DNA from: Gemmatimonas sp.
GTDB lineage: Bacteria > Gemmatimonadota > Gemmatimonadetes > Gemmatimonadales > Gemmatimonadaceae
Reading direction: 5' to 3'
Assembly (NCBI GenBank): GCA_965279375.1
Contig: OZ257156.1
Location: 32,001-96,000 of the forward strand
DNA: 64,000 bases
The position numbers and the translations under genes are program-made. Below are positions 10,295 to 19,616 of this stretch, one piece after another (positions within the stretch are counted from its first letter, which is position 1; each line of letters starts with the position of its first letter). The notes beneath the pieces are model-generated. The model had not been told where the DNA came from and made no database searches. It saw nothing but the letters and a program-made list of their open reading frames with translations.

Positions 10295-10944
10295 AGAGCT
10301 GGCGCGCAGTCGTCGGGGTTGGGCTCGCGTTGAGCGCGACGATGGCGATGGTGGCGACCGCCACCGACGGCTTTCGTGCCTGGACCACCGATGCTGCGCG
10401 CGCACGTGCTGTCAGCGCGAAGCCTGTGATGGTGCCACCTGTTGCACTGCTGGATATGCATCGCGCGCCACAACAGCTCTCGGACAGCACACGCAGCACG
10501 ATCGTGGATTTCGTCTACACGCGTTGTCCGTCGCTCTGTGGCACGCTTGGCTCGACATACCAGCGATTGCAAGCCGAGCTGCAGCAACGCGCCCTCGGCG
10601 ATCGGGTACGGCTGCTGACCATCTCGTTCGATCCAATGTGGGACACCCCCGAGCGTTTGCGCTACTACTCGATTACCATGCGCCCAGACCCGGCGCTGTG
10701 GACGATCGCGACGTTGCCTGACACGAATGGGCTCGCGTCGATGCTCGCGACGTTTGGCATTCGCGTGATTCCTGACGATGCCGGTGGCTTCACGCATAAC
10801 GCGGCGTTGCACGTGGTCGATCCGCAGGGGCGGCTCGTGGGCATTCTTCCGGTGGATGCGACGGCGGATGCGATCGATCTGGCCCTGGCGCGGGCCAATC
10901 CGCCCACGGCCGCTCATCGCAGTGCAACAGTGAGTGCGCGATGA
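10291..10944 (+). CDS. SCO1/SenC family copper chaperone
   Basis: FVYTRCPSLC (CxxxC), ISFDP.WDTPE, FTHNA His; GTG start overlaps the upstream stop. Confidence 0.88.
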   Translation: MKSWRAVVGVGLALSATMAMVATATDGFRAWTTDAARARAVSAKPVMVPPVALLDMHRAPQQLSDSTRSTIVDFVYTRCPSLCGTLGSTYQRLQAELQQRALGDRVRLLTISFDPMWDTPERLRYYSITMRPDPALWTIATLPDTNGLASMLATFGIRVIPDDAGGFTHNAALHVVDPQGRLVGILPVDATADAIDLALARANPPTAAHRSATVSAR

Positions 10945-11633
10945 CCCCAACAATGAGTACTCGCCCAGCTCGCGCTGATGCGCATGCCTCGGGCGCGCTC
11001 GACGCCGATGGGCAGTCGCGCCCGGCGTCTGAGCGCCGCGCACGGTACGTGTTCGCGCTGATTGCCCTCCTCGCCTGTCTTGCCTCGCGCTTGATACTGG
11101 AGCGCACCATGTGGGCGCAGATGCTGCTGCAACTGCCGCTCCTGCTCGTGGTGGGTGCGTACCTGGCATCCGCTCTTGCGCGACGTGACGTGCACGATTT
11201 GACCGCAGCACGCGCAAGTGCATGGAACCCTCAGGGAGCCGCCGGACTCGTACTCGCGTCTGGCGTCGTGACGCTCTGGATGATTCCGCGCCTGCTCGAT
11301 GCCGCACTCGAGCAGCCGCTCGTTGACGCTGCCAAGATGTCGATGCTGCTCGCGGCGGGCGCGATCGGATGGATTTCATGGCGCGCCGCCATGCCGATCG
11401 TGCGCGTGTTCATGCTCGGCAACGTGGCGTGGATGACGGCGACCGTCGGCGTGCTGCTGCTCGACTCTCCCGTGCGCCTGTGTGCGAGCTATGGCGCGAA
11501 CGACCAGCGCGTGACAGGATATGGGCTGGTACTGATCGCGTTGTTCGTGGTGGTGGCGGCGTTCGTGCGGTTCAGCGCGCCGGCTCTACCGGACAAGTCA
11601 TCGCTCACACGCCCAGCGCACCATGTCGTCTGA
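10941..11633 (+). CDS. Integral membrane protein, probable oxidase assembly factor (CtaG-like)
   Basis: About 6 hydrophobic helices, MWAQMLLQLPLL, LWMIPRLLD, PVRLCASY...DQ; coupled to SCO by ATGA overlap. Confidence 0.6.
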   Translation: MTPTMSTRPARADAHASGALDADGQSRPASERRARYVFALIALLACLASRLILERTMWAQMLLQLPLLLVVGAYLASALARRDVHDLTAARASAWNPQGAAGLVLASGVVTLWMIPRLLDAALEQPLVDAAKMSMLLAAGAIGWISWRAAMPIVRVFMLGNVAWMTATVGVLLLDSPVRLCASYGANDQRVTGYGLVLIALFVVVAAFVRFSAPALPDKSSLTRPAHHVV

Positions 11634-12426
11634 CGCTCAACACACCACAAACGCGCGCTCGGAGTTCGCTGGGTCGGAGTTCGCAGGGAAGGTCGCGTTC
11701 ATCACAGGTGGCGCGTCGGGCTTGGGGCGCGCGTCCGCGCAGCACCTCGCCGCGCAGGGTGCGCACGTCGCGATCGCCGACATCCAGCATGATGCGGCGC
11801 ACGCGCTTGCGGCGGAGATCGAGTCCAGCGGAGGGCGTGCGATCGCTGTACCGGTCAACGTGCGCCGCGATGACGAAATCGAAGCTGCGGTACACGCCAC
11901 GGTCGCGGCGTTCGGGCGGCTGGACATCGCGATCAACGCGGCGGGCATCGGCGGCCCGGAGCTGCGCACCGCCGAGTATCCGCCGGAAGCGTGGGACCTC
12001 GTGATCGATGTGAATCTCAATGGCGTCTGGCGCAGCATGCGCCACGAGATTCCCGCGATGCTCGAGCGAGGTGGCGGAGTGATCGTCAACGTCGCGTCGG
12101 TGGCCGGGCTGGGCGGATTCCCGCGGCATCCAGCCTACGCGGCCAGCAAGCACGGCGTGGTGGGGCTCACGCGGACAGCGGCGCTCGAATACGGCAAACG
12201 CGGCATTCGCATCAACGCGCTGTGCCCCGGCTTTACACTGACGCCGATGGTGCAGCAGATGATTGATGCGGGGCTGCCCGCCGAGCAGTTGGCGGCCCGC
12301 GTTCCGCTTGGTCGCCTGGCAACGGCCGACGAAGTGGCGGCGACGGCGCTTTATCTCTGCAGCAGCGCGAGCGCGTTCATGGTGGGACATGCGCTCGCGA
12401 TCGACGGCGGGATTACCGCGGGTTAG
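11623..12426 (+). CDS. Short-chain dehydrogenase/reductase
   Basis: TGGASGLG, NAAG, NVAS, YAASK, NALCPG. Confidence 0.95.
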   Translation: MSSDAQHTTNARSEFAGSEFAGKVAFITGGASGLGRASAQHLAAQGAHVAIADIQHDAAHALAAEIESSGGRAIAVPVNVRRDDEIEAAVHATVAAFGRLDIAINAAGIGGPELRTAEYPPEAWDLVIDVNLNGVWRSMRHEIPAMLERGGGVIVNVASVAGLGGFPRHPAYAASKHGVVGLTRTAALEYGKRGIRINALCPGFTLTPMVQQMIDAGLPAEQLAARVPLGRLATADEVAATALYLCSSASAFMVGHALAIDGGITAG

Positions 12427-12487
12427 GCGGCGGCGTCACCTCTCGCTCGCGAACGACGCGCCTCGATGCAAGCAGCGATGAGCGCTC

Positions 12488-13609
12488 TCACTGACGCCAT
12501 CGCTTGATGTACCATGTTCGCGAACCGTCCCGATCGCACTCGTACTGCACACCAGTGACGTTGTTGTCGGTGCTGACGCCGCCGGCGATGGTGAGACACT
12601 TGTCCGTCTGCGTGTTGCGGAGTTCGTACGCGGACCCACTGCCGATCGGTTCAAAATGCCAGTACCGAGATGGGTGCGCGTCGCAATCGTACTGCACGGC
12701 AGGAACGCTGTTGTCGGTGCTCACGCCACCGGAGATCGTCAGGCACTTCCCCGTTTGAACATTGCGCGCCTGAAACACCTTCGCGTCGTCGGTTGCAGAC
12801 AGCCGCCAGCGACGTGAGGGATCAGTATCGCAGTCGTACTGCACGGTCTCGAGGCTGTTCGCTTCGCTCACGCCGCCGGCGATCGTCAGACACTTGCCAG
12901 TCTTCGCGTTGACGAGCATCACCTCTCCGTCGGCGGCTTGTGCCAGCGCTGATCGACTCGGCGGCGGCACCGTCTCCGTCTTCGGAGCCGGCGGCTTCAC
13001 CTCCGAGTCTGGTGCGAGCACGCCTGCGTCGAGCGACGTCGTTGCGCTGTCTGCCGTCGACATCAAGACCGGCTCTCGCGTCAGCAGATAGCCGGTCCCT
13101 CCGAGTGCTGCGAGCAGCGCGACAGCAAGCACGCCCTTGGGAATTCCCGCTCGACGAACTGTGAGCGCTGGCTCCTTCGTCTTGGGCGCCGACCCGCCCA
13201 GACGCTTGCCCGCGAGCGCCGCACGAACGCCGGCCAGCACTTCCTGCCATTCGGGATTCGCAGGATCACCTCGCCATCCCGCCAGGTTGGCGCATTGCAC
13301 ATGACGAAAGCCGAGCGGGATCGCGCATGGCTCGATCTGCACGGGAATGATCGGCCGTTTCAGTCGTTGGGCCTCGTCGACCTCGTTGAACACCCACGCG
13401 GCGGACGCAGAATCCTCAGTCCGCTTGGACCACACCGCGATCACGACTTTCGCTTCTTCAAGGGCGGAGGTGATGGTCTCACGCCAAGTGCCGCCCACGG
13501 TGATCTTCTGATCCCACCACACACTCACTCCCTCGCGCTCCAATGCGAGCGCGAGCGTCTTCACCAGTTCCCGATCTTCACTCTTGTAGCTCAGAAAAAC
13601 GTCGGCCAT
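12488..13609 (-). CDS. TIR domain - TM - ricin B-type beta-trefoil lectin protein
   Basis: N-terminal DVFLSYKSED..VWWD..SAAWVFNEVDEA..IIPV (TIR_2 pattern), hydrophobic GVLAVALLAALGGTGYLL, three TGKCLTI.GG...QY.C.....R.W repeats. Confidence 0.85.
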   Translation of the reverse strand: MADVFLSYKSEDRELVKTLALALEREGVSVWWDQKITVGGTWRETITSALEEAKVVIAVWSKRTEDSASAAWVFNEVDEAQRLKRPIIPVQIEPCAIPLGFRHVQCANLAGWRGDPANPEWQEVLAGVRAALAGKRLGGSAPKTKEPALTVRRAGIPKGVLAVALLAALGGTGYLLTREPVLMSTADSATTSLDAGVLAPDSEVKPPAPKTETVPPPSRSALAQAADGEVMLVNAKTGKCLTIAGGVSEANSLETVQYDCDTDPSRRWRLSATDDAKVFQARNVQTGKCLTISGGVSTDNSVPAVQYDCDAHPSRYWHFEPIGSGSAYELRNTQTDKCLTIAGGVSTDNNVTGVQYECDRDGSRTWYIKRWRQ

Positions 13610-13688
13610 TGTGTCCTCCGTGCTGTGCGGAAGAACTTACCGGTGCCGCGCGACTGGAAACAATGAGGCAATTCAACCAGAGGCGCGC

Positions 13689-14681
13689 TTACGCGTCGCC
13701 GTTTGGTACCAGTACGATCTTACCGTTGCGTTCGCCTGCGGCAGCCGCCGCAATCGCCTCCTGAATCTGCTCCAGCGGATACGTCGCCTGCACGCGCGCC
13801 GACAGATGTCCGGTGGCGATCAGTGTGGCCAATTCGCCAAACAGTGCGCGCTGTCGCTCGGGCGCGGCTGTGCGAAACCAGAACGCGAGCCAGAAGCCGC
13901 GCAGCGTCACGTCGCGAAAGACGAACGAACTCGGCAACACCGTGCAGGGCTGGCCGCTCATGCCGCCGTAGTTCACCACCGTGCCGCCGATCGCCACGCT
14001 TTGCGCGAGGTAGTCGGTGGACTTGCCACCCACGGCATCGATGGCGAGGCGAATCTTCGCCTTCCCCGTCGCCTCGGCGATGCGATGCTTGAGATCCGGC
14101 CCATCCACGAGAACCACATCGCCGCCGATCGCCTGCACCTCGGCGACGGCGCTCTCGCGACGTACCACGTTCACCGTGCGCACACCCTGTCGTTTGGCCA
14201 GCTGAATGAGGTAGCCACCGACGGCCGAGTTGGCAGCGTTCTGAATGACCCAGTCGCCTTCGGCCAACGTGACGAACTCTGACAGCAGGAGCGCGGCCGT
14301 CGGCGGATTGACGGTGAGCATGGAGAGCTGCACCGGATCACCGACGTCGGGCAACGGCATCAGCGTCGCCGCGGGTGCAATCATGTGCGTGCTCCACGTG
14401 CCGGCACCAACGGGCAGCAGCACGCGCTGCCCTAACCTCACGTTGCTCACGCCGTCGCTCACTGCGGCGACGCGTCCGATGCCTTCGTTACCGCCAACGG
14501 CCGGTAGCGAGGGCAGCACTCCGTACAGTCCCGCGATGGTGAGGACGTCGCTCGGATTGATGGGCGTCGCCAGCACTTCGATCAGTGCTTCTCCTGCTTG
14601 CAGCGCAGGAGTCTCCATCTCTTCGCAATGAATCAGCGTCGCGGGCGTGGGACCGCGCTCATGGTAGATCGCTCGCTTCAC
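13689..14681 (-). CDS. MDR-family NADPH 2-enoyl thioester reductase-like protein
   Basis: PINPSD, GNEG, TVNPPTA, IQNAANSAVG, YGGMS; start GTG. Confidence 0.85.
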   Translation of the reverse strand: MKRAIYHERGPTPATLIHCEEMETPALQAGEALIEVLATPINPSDVLTIAGLYGVLPSLPAVGGNEGIGRVAAVSDGVSNVRLGQRVLLPVGAGTWSTHMIAPAATLMPLPDVGDPVQLSMLTVNPPTAALLLSEFVTLAEGDWVIQNAANSAVGGYLIQLAKRQGVRTVNVVRRESAVAEVQAIGGDVVLVDGPDLKHRIAEATGKAKIRLAIDAVGGKSTDYLAQSVAIGGTVVNYGGMSGQPCTVLPSSFVFRDVTLRGFWLAFWFRTAAPERQRALFGELATLIATGHLSARVQATYPLEQIQEAIAAAAAGERNGKIVLVPNGDA

Positions 14682-14712
14682 GACAACCTCCGGTACGACG
14701 GGAAACGCGTGA

Positions 14713-15198
14713 TCAGGACAGCTCGGCAGCGTTGCGCTGATGAATCGTGGTCAACTCGACGACGGTCAGGCGACGCAATCCCTTGGGCAGCTTGAGAATC
14801 GCCGTGTCTCCCACGCCCTTCCCCTGCAGCGCGAGGCCGATGGGCGACGCCATCGTCACGTGGCCGTCGTTGAGTTCTCCGGCGTCACCAAAGACGAGCT
14901 CATAGCTCTCGAGCTTGTTGGTCGCCTGATCCTGCACCACCACGCGCGAACCGAGTCCGGCCTTGTCCACCGAGATCTGCGCGATGTCGATGTTGGCCAG
15001 CTTGGTCACGCGCTGCGTCAGCTGTCCCAGGCGCGCCTGCACGAACTGCTGCCGCTCGAGGGCCGCCTTGTACTCGCTGTTTTCCTTGAGGTCGCCGAGC
15101 TCGACGGCTTTACGGATTTCGTTGGGCAGCGTGACGTTCAGCTCGAAGGAGAGCTTCTCCACCTCGCGCGCCATCTGGGCAATCAGTTCGTCGAACAT
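14713..15198 (-). CDS. greA: Transcription elongation factor GreA/GreB family
   Basis: ELGDLKENSEYKAA, SPIGLALQGK.VGD; start moved to ATG 15198. Confidence 0.85.
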   Translation of the reverse strand: MFDELIAQMAREVEKLSFELNVTLPNEIRKAVELGDLKENSEYKAALERQQFVQARLGQLTQRVTKLANIDIAQISVDKAGLGSRVVVQDQATNKLESYELVFGDAGELNDGHVTMASPIGLALQGKGVGDTAILKLPKGLRRLTVVELTTIHQRNAAELS

Positions 15199-15255
15199 CG
15201 TCGTACCCGCTGAAGTACGGTCACGCGTATCGCTGGCAGCGACATCGGGCGCCCG

Positions 15256-15294
15256 AAAAAAATACGAGCGCCCGGCCGTGGTTCGGCCGGGCGC
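15256..15294 (-). terminator. Intrinsic terminator between LOG and greA
   Basis: Minus strand GCGCCCGGCCG-AACCA-CGGCCGGGCGC (11-bp perfect stem) followed by TCGTATTTTTTT. Confidence 0.75.
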
Positions 15295-15354
15295 GCAGAA
15301 CATTCAAATATGTGGCGCGAGGTCGCCGATGCAAGCGCGGCCGTCTGGCTTTGC

Positions 15355-16335
15355 TCAGCGCGACGGGGCCGCCGCCTGCGCCGCGTGTGCGTCGATCACT
15401 GCCTGTGCCGCTTCCGCCGGATCGTCCGTGAGCAGGATGAGATCGAGATCGCCGGCCGCGATCTTTCCCTCACCCGCGAGTCGCGACGACATCCAACGCA
15501 CCAGCCCAGCCCAGTAGTGCCGCCCGAACAGGATGACCGGAAACTGAAAGATCTTGCCGGTCTGGATGAGCGTCAGCGCTTCGAACAATTCGTCCAGCGT
15601 GCCGAATCCGCCGGGGAAGATGATGAACGCGTTCGAGTACTTGATGAACATCGTCTTGCGAACGAAGAAATACCGGAAGTTCACCAGCGTATCGACGTAG
15701 GGATTGGCGCCTTGCTCGAAGGGAAGTTCGATGTTGCATCCCACCGAATGCCCGCCGCCAAGCTTGGCGCCCTTGTTGGCGGCCTCCATGATCCCCGGAC
15801 CGGCGCCGGTGATGATCGAGAACCCTGCTTCAGCCAGCAGCCGCGCCGTCTCGCAGGCCGCGATGTACTGCGGGTCGTCGGGGCCCGTGCGCGCCGAGCC
15901 GAAGATCGTCACGCCCTTCGTGATCTCGGCCAATGCATCGAACCCTTCCACAAACTCCGACGTGATGCGCATGACGCGCCACGGATCGGTGCGCGTGAAG
16001 GCACCGAGGTCGGTCCCAGGCGACTGCAGCAGCTTCTCGTCCTCGGTCAGCGACGGGAGATCCCGGATCGCTGCGTCCACCACCCGCGGGAACTTGCGGC
16101 GCACCGCGCGCGCTCCGCTGGAGACAAGCGCTTGGGCGTCGGGCACGCGGCCAGCCTTGCGATGCCCCTCCTCGGTCCGCTCCACGAGGCCCACTCGCGA
16201 TGCAAGCTCCGCCTTGGCACGCGTGACCGGTGAGGCTTTCTTGCCTGTCAGTGTTCGCGGCGTATTGGCTGCGACCTTGGCAGGCTTTGCTTTGACTTTG
16301 ACGGGGTCCTTGGACCGACGAGGCGACTTCGCCAT
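15355..16335 (-). CDS. LOG family nucleotide phosphoribohydrolase with basic N-terminal extension
   Basis: VTIFGSART, ITGAGPGIMEAANKGA, IELPFEQ, FFVRKTMF, PGGFGTLDELFE. Confidence 0.9.
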   Translation of the reverse strand: MAKSPRRSKDPVKVKAKPAKVAANTPRTLTGKKASPVTRAKAELASRVGLVERTEEGHRKAGRVPDAQALVSSGARAVRRKFPRVVDAAIRDLPSLTEDEKLLQSPGTDLGAFTRTDPWRVMRITSEFVEGFDALAEITKGVTIFGSARTGPDDPQYIAACETARLLAEAGFSIITGAGPGIMEAANKGAKLGGGHSVGCNIELPFEQGANPYVDTLVNFRYFFVRKTMFIKYSNAFIIFPGGFGTLDELFEALTLIQTGKIFQFPVILFGRHYWAGLVRWMSSRLAGEGKIAAGDLDLILLTDDPAEAAQAVIDAHAAQAAAPSR

Positions 16336-16449
16336 GAGGACGCAGTTCAGGGAAGGAATGACGCGACGGTCGAAACGGATTTCGACTGCTGCGAAGTGTA
16401 TGCATGCGCGTGCTGAGACCGCCACCCCAACGCGTGCAGGCTCGCTCTC

Positions 16450-17880
16450 GTGACATTGCTGAGTAGTCGCCTGCTGTTGGTGGTTGCCGATGGCGTTCGA
16501 CCAGACATTCTCGCGCAGGAACTCGATGCGGGGCGCGCGCCGGCTATGGCCGCGCTGCGCGAGCGCGGCGCGTTGCACGCCGTCACCTCCTCGTTTCCAT
16601 CGGTCACGGGTCCCGCGTACGTCCCATTCCTGATGGGTCGTCACGCCGCAACGGTCGGATTGCCGGGACTACGCTGGTTCGACCGCGCGCGCAATATTCG
16701 CTGGTCTCCCTCCAGCGCGCGCAGCTACGCCGGCATGGATATCTGGCATGTCGATGGCGACGTCGCACCAGGCATGCAGACGATCTTCGAACTCGCGCAG
16801 CCATCCCTCTCGGGCATGAGCATGCTCGCACGCGGCGCGAGCGTGGCGAACGTCGGGCGCTCCATCTCGTGGAGCGTGCGAGCCGCGATCCCGCACTTCC
16901 GCGGCGATCTGCTCGGCTGGCGCACGGTCGAGCGTGCAGCGACGGCAGAATTCTTTCGGCACTTCGCCACGGCGCGGCCGCGGTTCTCCACGCTCGCGAT
17001 CACCAGCCCCGACAAGTTCGCGCACAAGTTCGGCAGCGATTCCACGCCCGTGCGCGATGCGATCCTCGATATCGACAACGCCATCGCGAAGGCGCAGTCG
17101 ATCGCCAAGTCGGGCGGCTGGCACGAGAGCCTGCGCATCTGGGTGGTGGCGGACCACGGGCACGCGCCGGTGTCGAAGCACGAAGACCTGCATGGGTGGC
17201 TCGAATCCAACGACCTGCGCGTGCGCGCACATCCGCGGCTCCACACACGCAATCCCGATGTCGTGCTCATGGTGGGCGGCAACGCCATGGCCCATCTCTA
17301 CCTCGATCCCGCGTCACGCACGCGAAACTGGTGGCCGTCGCACGCCGCGCGCTGGGAAGCGCTGCACGACGCACTGCTCACGCGCGAAGCCGTCGATCTG
17401 GTGGCCGTCGGACTCTCTGCCACGCGCACGCGTATCGCGCATGCGTCACGCGGGTCTGCGGAGATCGTGCGACGCGAGGATGCCCGTGGCGGAACGCGCT
17501 GGGACTACGACGCATCCTCGGGCGACCCGTTGCTGCTCGGCGGAACCTTGCGCGACCTCGACGACATGTCGGCGTGGACGGCGTGTGCCGCCTCACCGTA
17601 TCCGGATGCGCTCGTGCAACTCGGCGCGCTCGCGGCGTCATCGCGAGCAGGAGATCTCATCCTCTCCGCCGCCGATGGGTGGGATCTGCGTTCGCGTTTC
17701 GAGCCGGTGTCGCACGTCTCCACGCACGGCGCGCTGCTGTCCGAGCAGATGATGGTTCCGCTCTTGATTGACGGTCCGGTTGCGCGCGCACCGCAGCGGA
17801 CCGCCGACGTGATGCCGAGTGCCCTCGACGCGTTGGGTATCGCGGTGCCGATGGGGCTGGACGGGCGCTCGTTTCTGTAG
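16450..17880 (+). CDS. Alkaline phosphatase superfamily (nucleotide pyrophosphatase/phosphodiesterase-like) protein
   Basis: VADGVR, FPSVTGP (Thr nucleophile), DKFAH, ADHGH, STHG....QMMVP. Confidence 0.85.
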   Translation: MTLLSSRLLLVVADGVRPDILAQELDAGRAPAMAALRERGALHAVTSSFPSVTGPAYVPFLMGRHAATVGLPGLRWFDRARNIRWSPSSARSYAGMDIWHVDGDVAPGMQTIFELAQPSLSGMSMLARGASVANVGRSISWSVRAAIPHFRGDLLGWRTVERAATAEFFRHFATARPRFSTLAITSPDKFAHKFGSDSTPVRDAILDIDNAIAKAQSIAKSGGWHESLRIWVVADHGHAPVSKHEDLHGWLESNDLRVRAHPRLHTRNPDVVLMVGGNAMAHLYLDPASRTRNWWPSHAARWEALHDALLTREAVDLVAVGLSATRTRIAHASRGSAEIVRREDARGGTRWDYDASSGDPLLLGGTLRDLDDMSAWTACAASPYPDALVQLGALAASSRAGDLILSAADGWDLRSRFEPVSHVSTHGALLSEQMMVPLLIDGPVARAPQRTADVMPSALDALGIAVPMGLDGRSFL

Positions 17881-17904
17881 GCACAGCCTCGCGCAGGACA
17901 GCGG

Positions 17905-18231
17905 CTACTCCGTGCGGTTCTTGCTGCGCTCGGGGTCGAATCCTTCGGGATAGCGCTTGCGCAACTTGTCGATGTTGCGCTGCGCGATCTCATCGAGTGA
18001 CACATCCAGCACCGTCGCGAACGCTCCGATGTACCAGAGGCAGTCGCCCAGCTCCTTGATGAGCGCATCGCGGTCGATCGGCGTGTCGTGAAAGAGATGC
18101 TTCTTGATGATCTCGGCGGTTTCGCCTGCTTCGCCGGTCAGCCCCAGCGCCGCGTTGGCCAGCTGCTGCTCATGCGTCCGGTCACGGCCGAGAGTGCGCG
18201 CGGCAAGCTGTTGATATTCATCGAGCGTCAT
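17905..18231 (-). CDS. MazG-like NTP pyrophosphohydrolase
   Basis: LGLTGEAGE..EIIKK, KELGDCLWY, NIDKLRKRYP. Confidence 0.9.
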   Translation of the reverse strand: MTLDEYQQLAARTLGRDRTHEQQLANAALGLTGEAGETAEIIKKHLFHDTPIDRDALIKELGDCLWYIGAFATVLDVSLDEIAQRNIDKLRKRYPEGFDPERSKNRTE

Positions 18232-19567
18232 GCGTGGTGGTCGTGGCGAGTGAAGGGGCGTTGGCGCCAGCAAGCGTTGGCGGGTTGTGTCTGGCGGGCA
18301 TCGAAAGATACTCGTCGATGAGGTCGCATGCGGTACGTGCGCCGTCTTCGGCGCGCACGATTTCACCGACGGCGGCGGCACGCGCTGCGAATGAGGGCGT
18401 CTGCTGCAGGTCCGCCAGTACGTCGATCACGTTCGATGCCCGGTAGTGATCGGCGTTGATGGTGCGAGCCACGCCCAACCGCGTTGCACGCCACGCGTTG
18501 TCGGGTTGATCGAAGGCGAAGGGCACGCACAGCAGTGGTCTGCCCGAGCGCAGTGCCGTACCGAGTGTGCCGACGCCGCACTGCTGCACAACGACCGATG
18601 CGCGCGGGAAGAGCTGCGAGTGCGGCGCGGCATCGAGCATGAGCATCGACGAGGGGAGCGTGCTGGCCAGACGCGCTGTGGTCTCTGCTCCGGCGAGAAA
18701 GACGGCACGTTGGTTGAGTCGCGTGATCGCGCGAATACTCTCGTCGTAAAATTCGCCGGAGGCGCGCACCGCGGACGATCCCAGCGTGAAGACGACAGGC
18801 GGCGGGCCAGCGGCGAGGAATTCCTCGAGCGTCGGTGAGAGTGCACTTCCATGTGCGGACTCATTCACCAGCTGGCCGGTGACGTGCGCATTCGCTGGCC
18901 AATCGGGCTGCGGCTCGCCGAGTACGCGGCTGAAGAGCGCGAGCACCAGCGGCGCGTTGAGCTGTCCCTCGAAGATCGGGTGGCGGCCGCGCGGCAACCC
19001 TAACTCTCGGCGAAACGCCTGCACCGGTTCAACCCAGCGTGCGGACGCCCAGCGCATGAACCAGGCGAAGAACCTCGCGACGCGCGGGCCGAGTACTTCG
19101 AGTCGCTTGAGCGCTGGCAGCGGTGGCGGGACCACCATCTCGTAGCCCGACCCGAACGACAGCGGCGCGAGCACCGTGGAGACCCAGCGAATGCCGGTCA
19201 GTTCGTGGATGATGGGCGCCGCGAGACCAAGCGGTTGGCTGACGACGAGATCAGCGCCGTCGGTCAGAGCGCGGAGCTGCGTGTACGTGTCGCGCAGCGA
19301 CGGCATCATCAGCTCTCGGAATAGCAGCTGGGTTCCTCGACGGGGGTCGAGCAGCGCACCCACCATCTGCGACGCGGCAGCGCTCTCGGGGTCCATCGTC
19401 AGACCGACCGGCGAGAAGCGGAGGCCTAGTCGAGCCACGTCCTCGCGGTAGTGCTCCGGAAGCGCCATCACGACCTCGTGTCCACGTCCGGACAGCGCGA
19501 GCGCGAGTGCGAGATACGGGTTCACATCCCCGTAAGAACCCCAACTGTTGATGACGATGCGGGCCAT
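18218..19567 (-). CDS. GT-B fold glycosyltransferase (GT1/UGT-like)
   Basis: GSYGDVNPY, VFTLGSS, PHSQLFPR, GVGT, PFAFDQPDNA. Confidence 0.88.
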   Translation of the reverse strand: MARIVINSWGSYGDVNPYLALALALSGRGHEVVMALPEHYREDVARLGLRFSPVGLTMDPESAAASQMVGALLDPRRGTQLLFRELMMPSLRDTYTQLRALTDGADLVVSQPLGLAAPIIHELTGIRWVSTVLAPLSFGSGYEMVVPPPLPALKRLEVLGPRVARFFAWFMRWASARWVEPVQAFRRELGLPRGRHPIFEGQLNAPLVLALFSRVLGEPQPDWPANAHVTGQLVNESAHGSALSPTLEEFLAAGPPPVVFTLGSSAVRASGEFYDESIRAITRLNQRAVFLAGAETTARLASTLPSSMLMLDAAPHSQLFPRASVVVQQCGVGTLGTALRSGRPLLCVPFAFDQPDNAWRATRLGVARTINADHYRASNVIDVLADLQQTPSFAARAAAVGEIVRAEDGARTACDLIDEYLSMPARHNPPTLAGANAPSLATTTTHDAR

Positions 19568-19616
19568 GGCCGGAAGATAGCTGGCGGCGGCGCGCTGGAC
19601 GGACGGGATATATTGC

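Noticed and set aside
12488..16335. TIR gene near a LOG (SLOG-fold) gene, suggesting a Thoeris-like defence pair
   Set aside because: The LOG is a classical stand-alone PGGFGTLDE type without a SIR2 or TM effector, and is separated from the TIR gene by greA, a terminator and an enoyl reductase.
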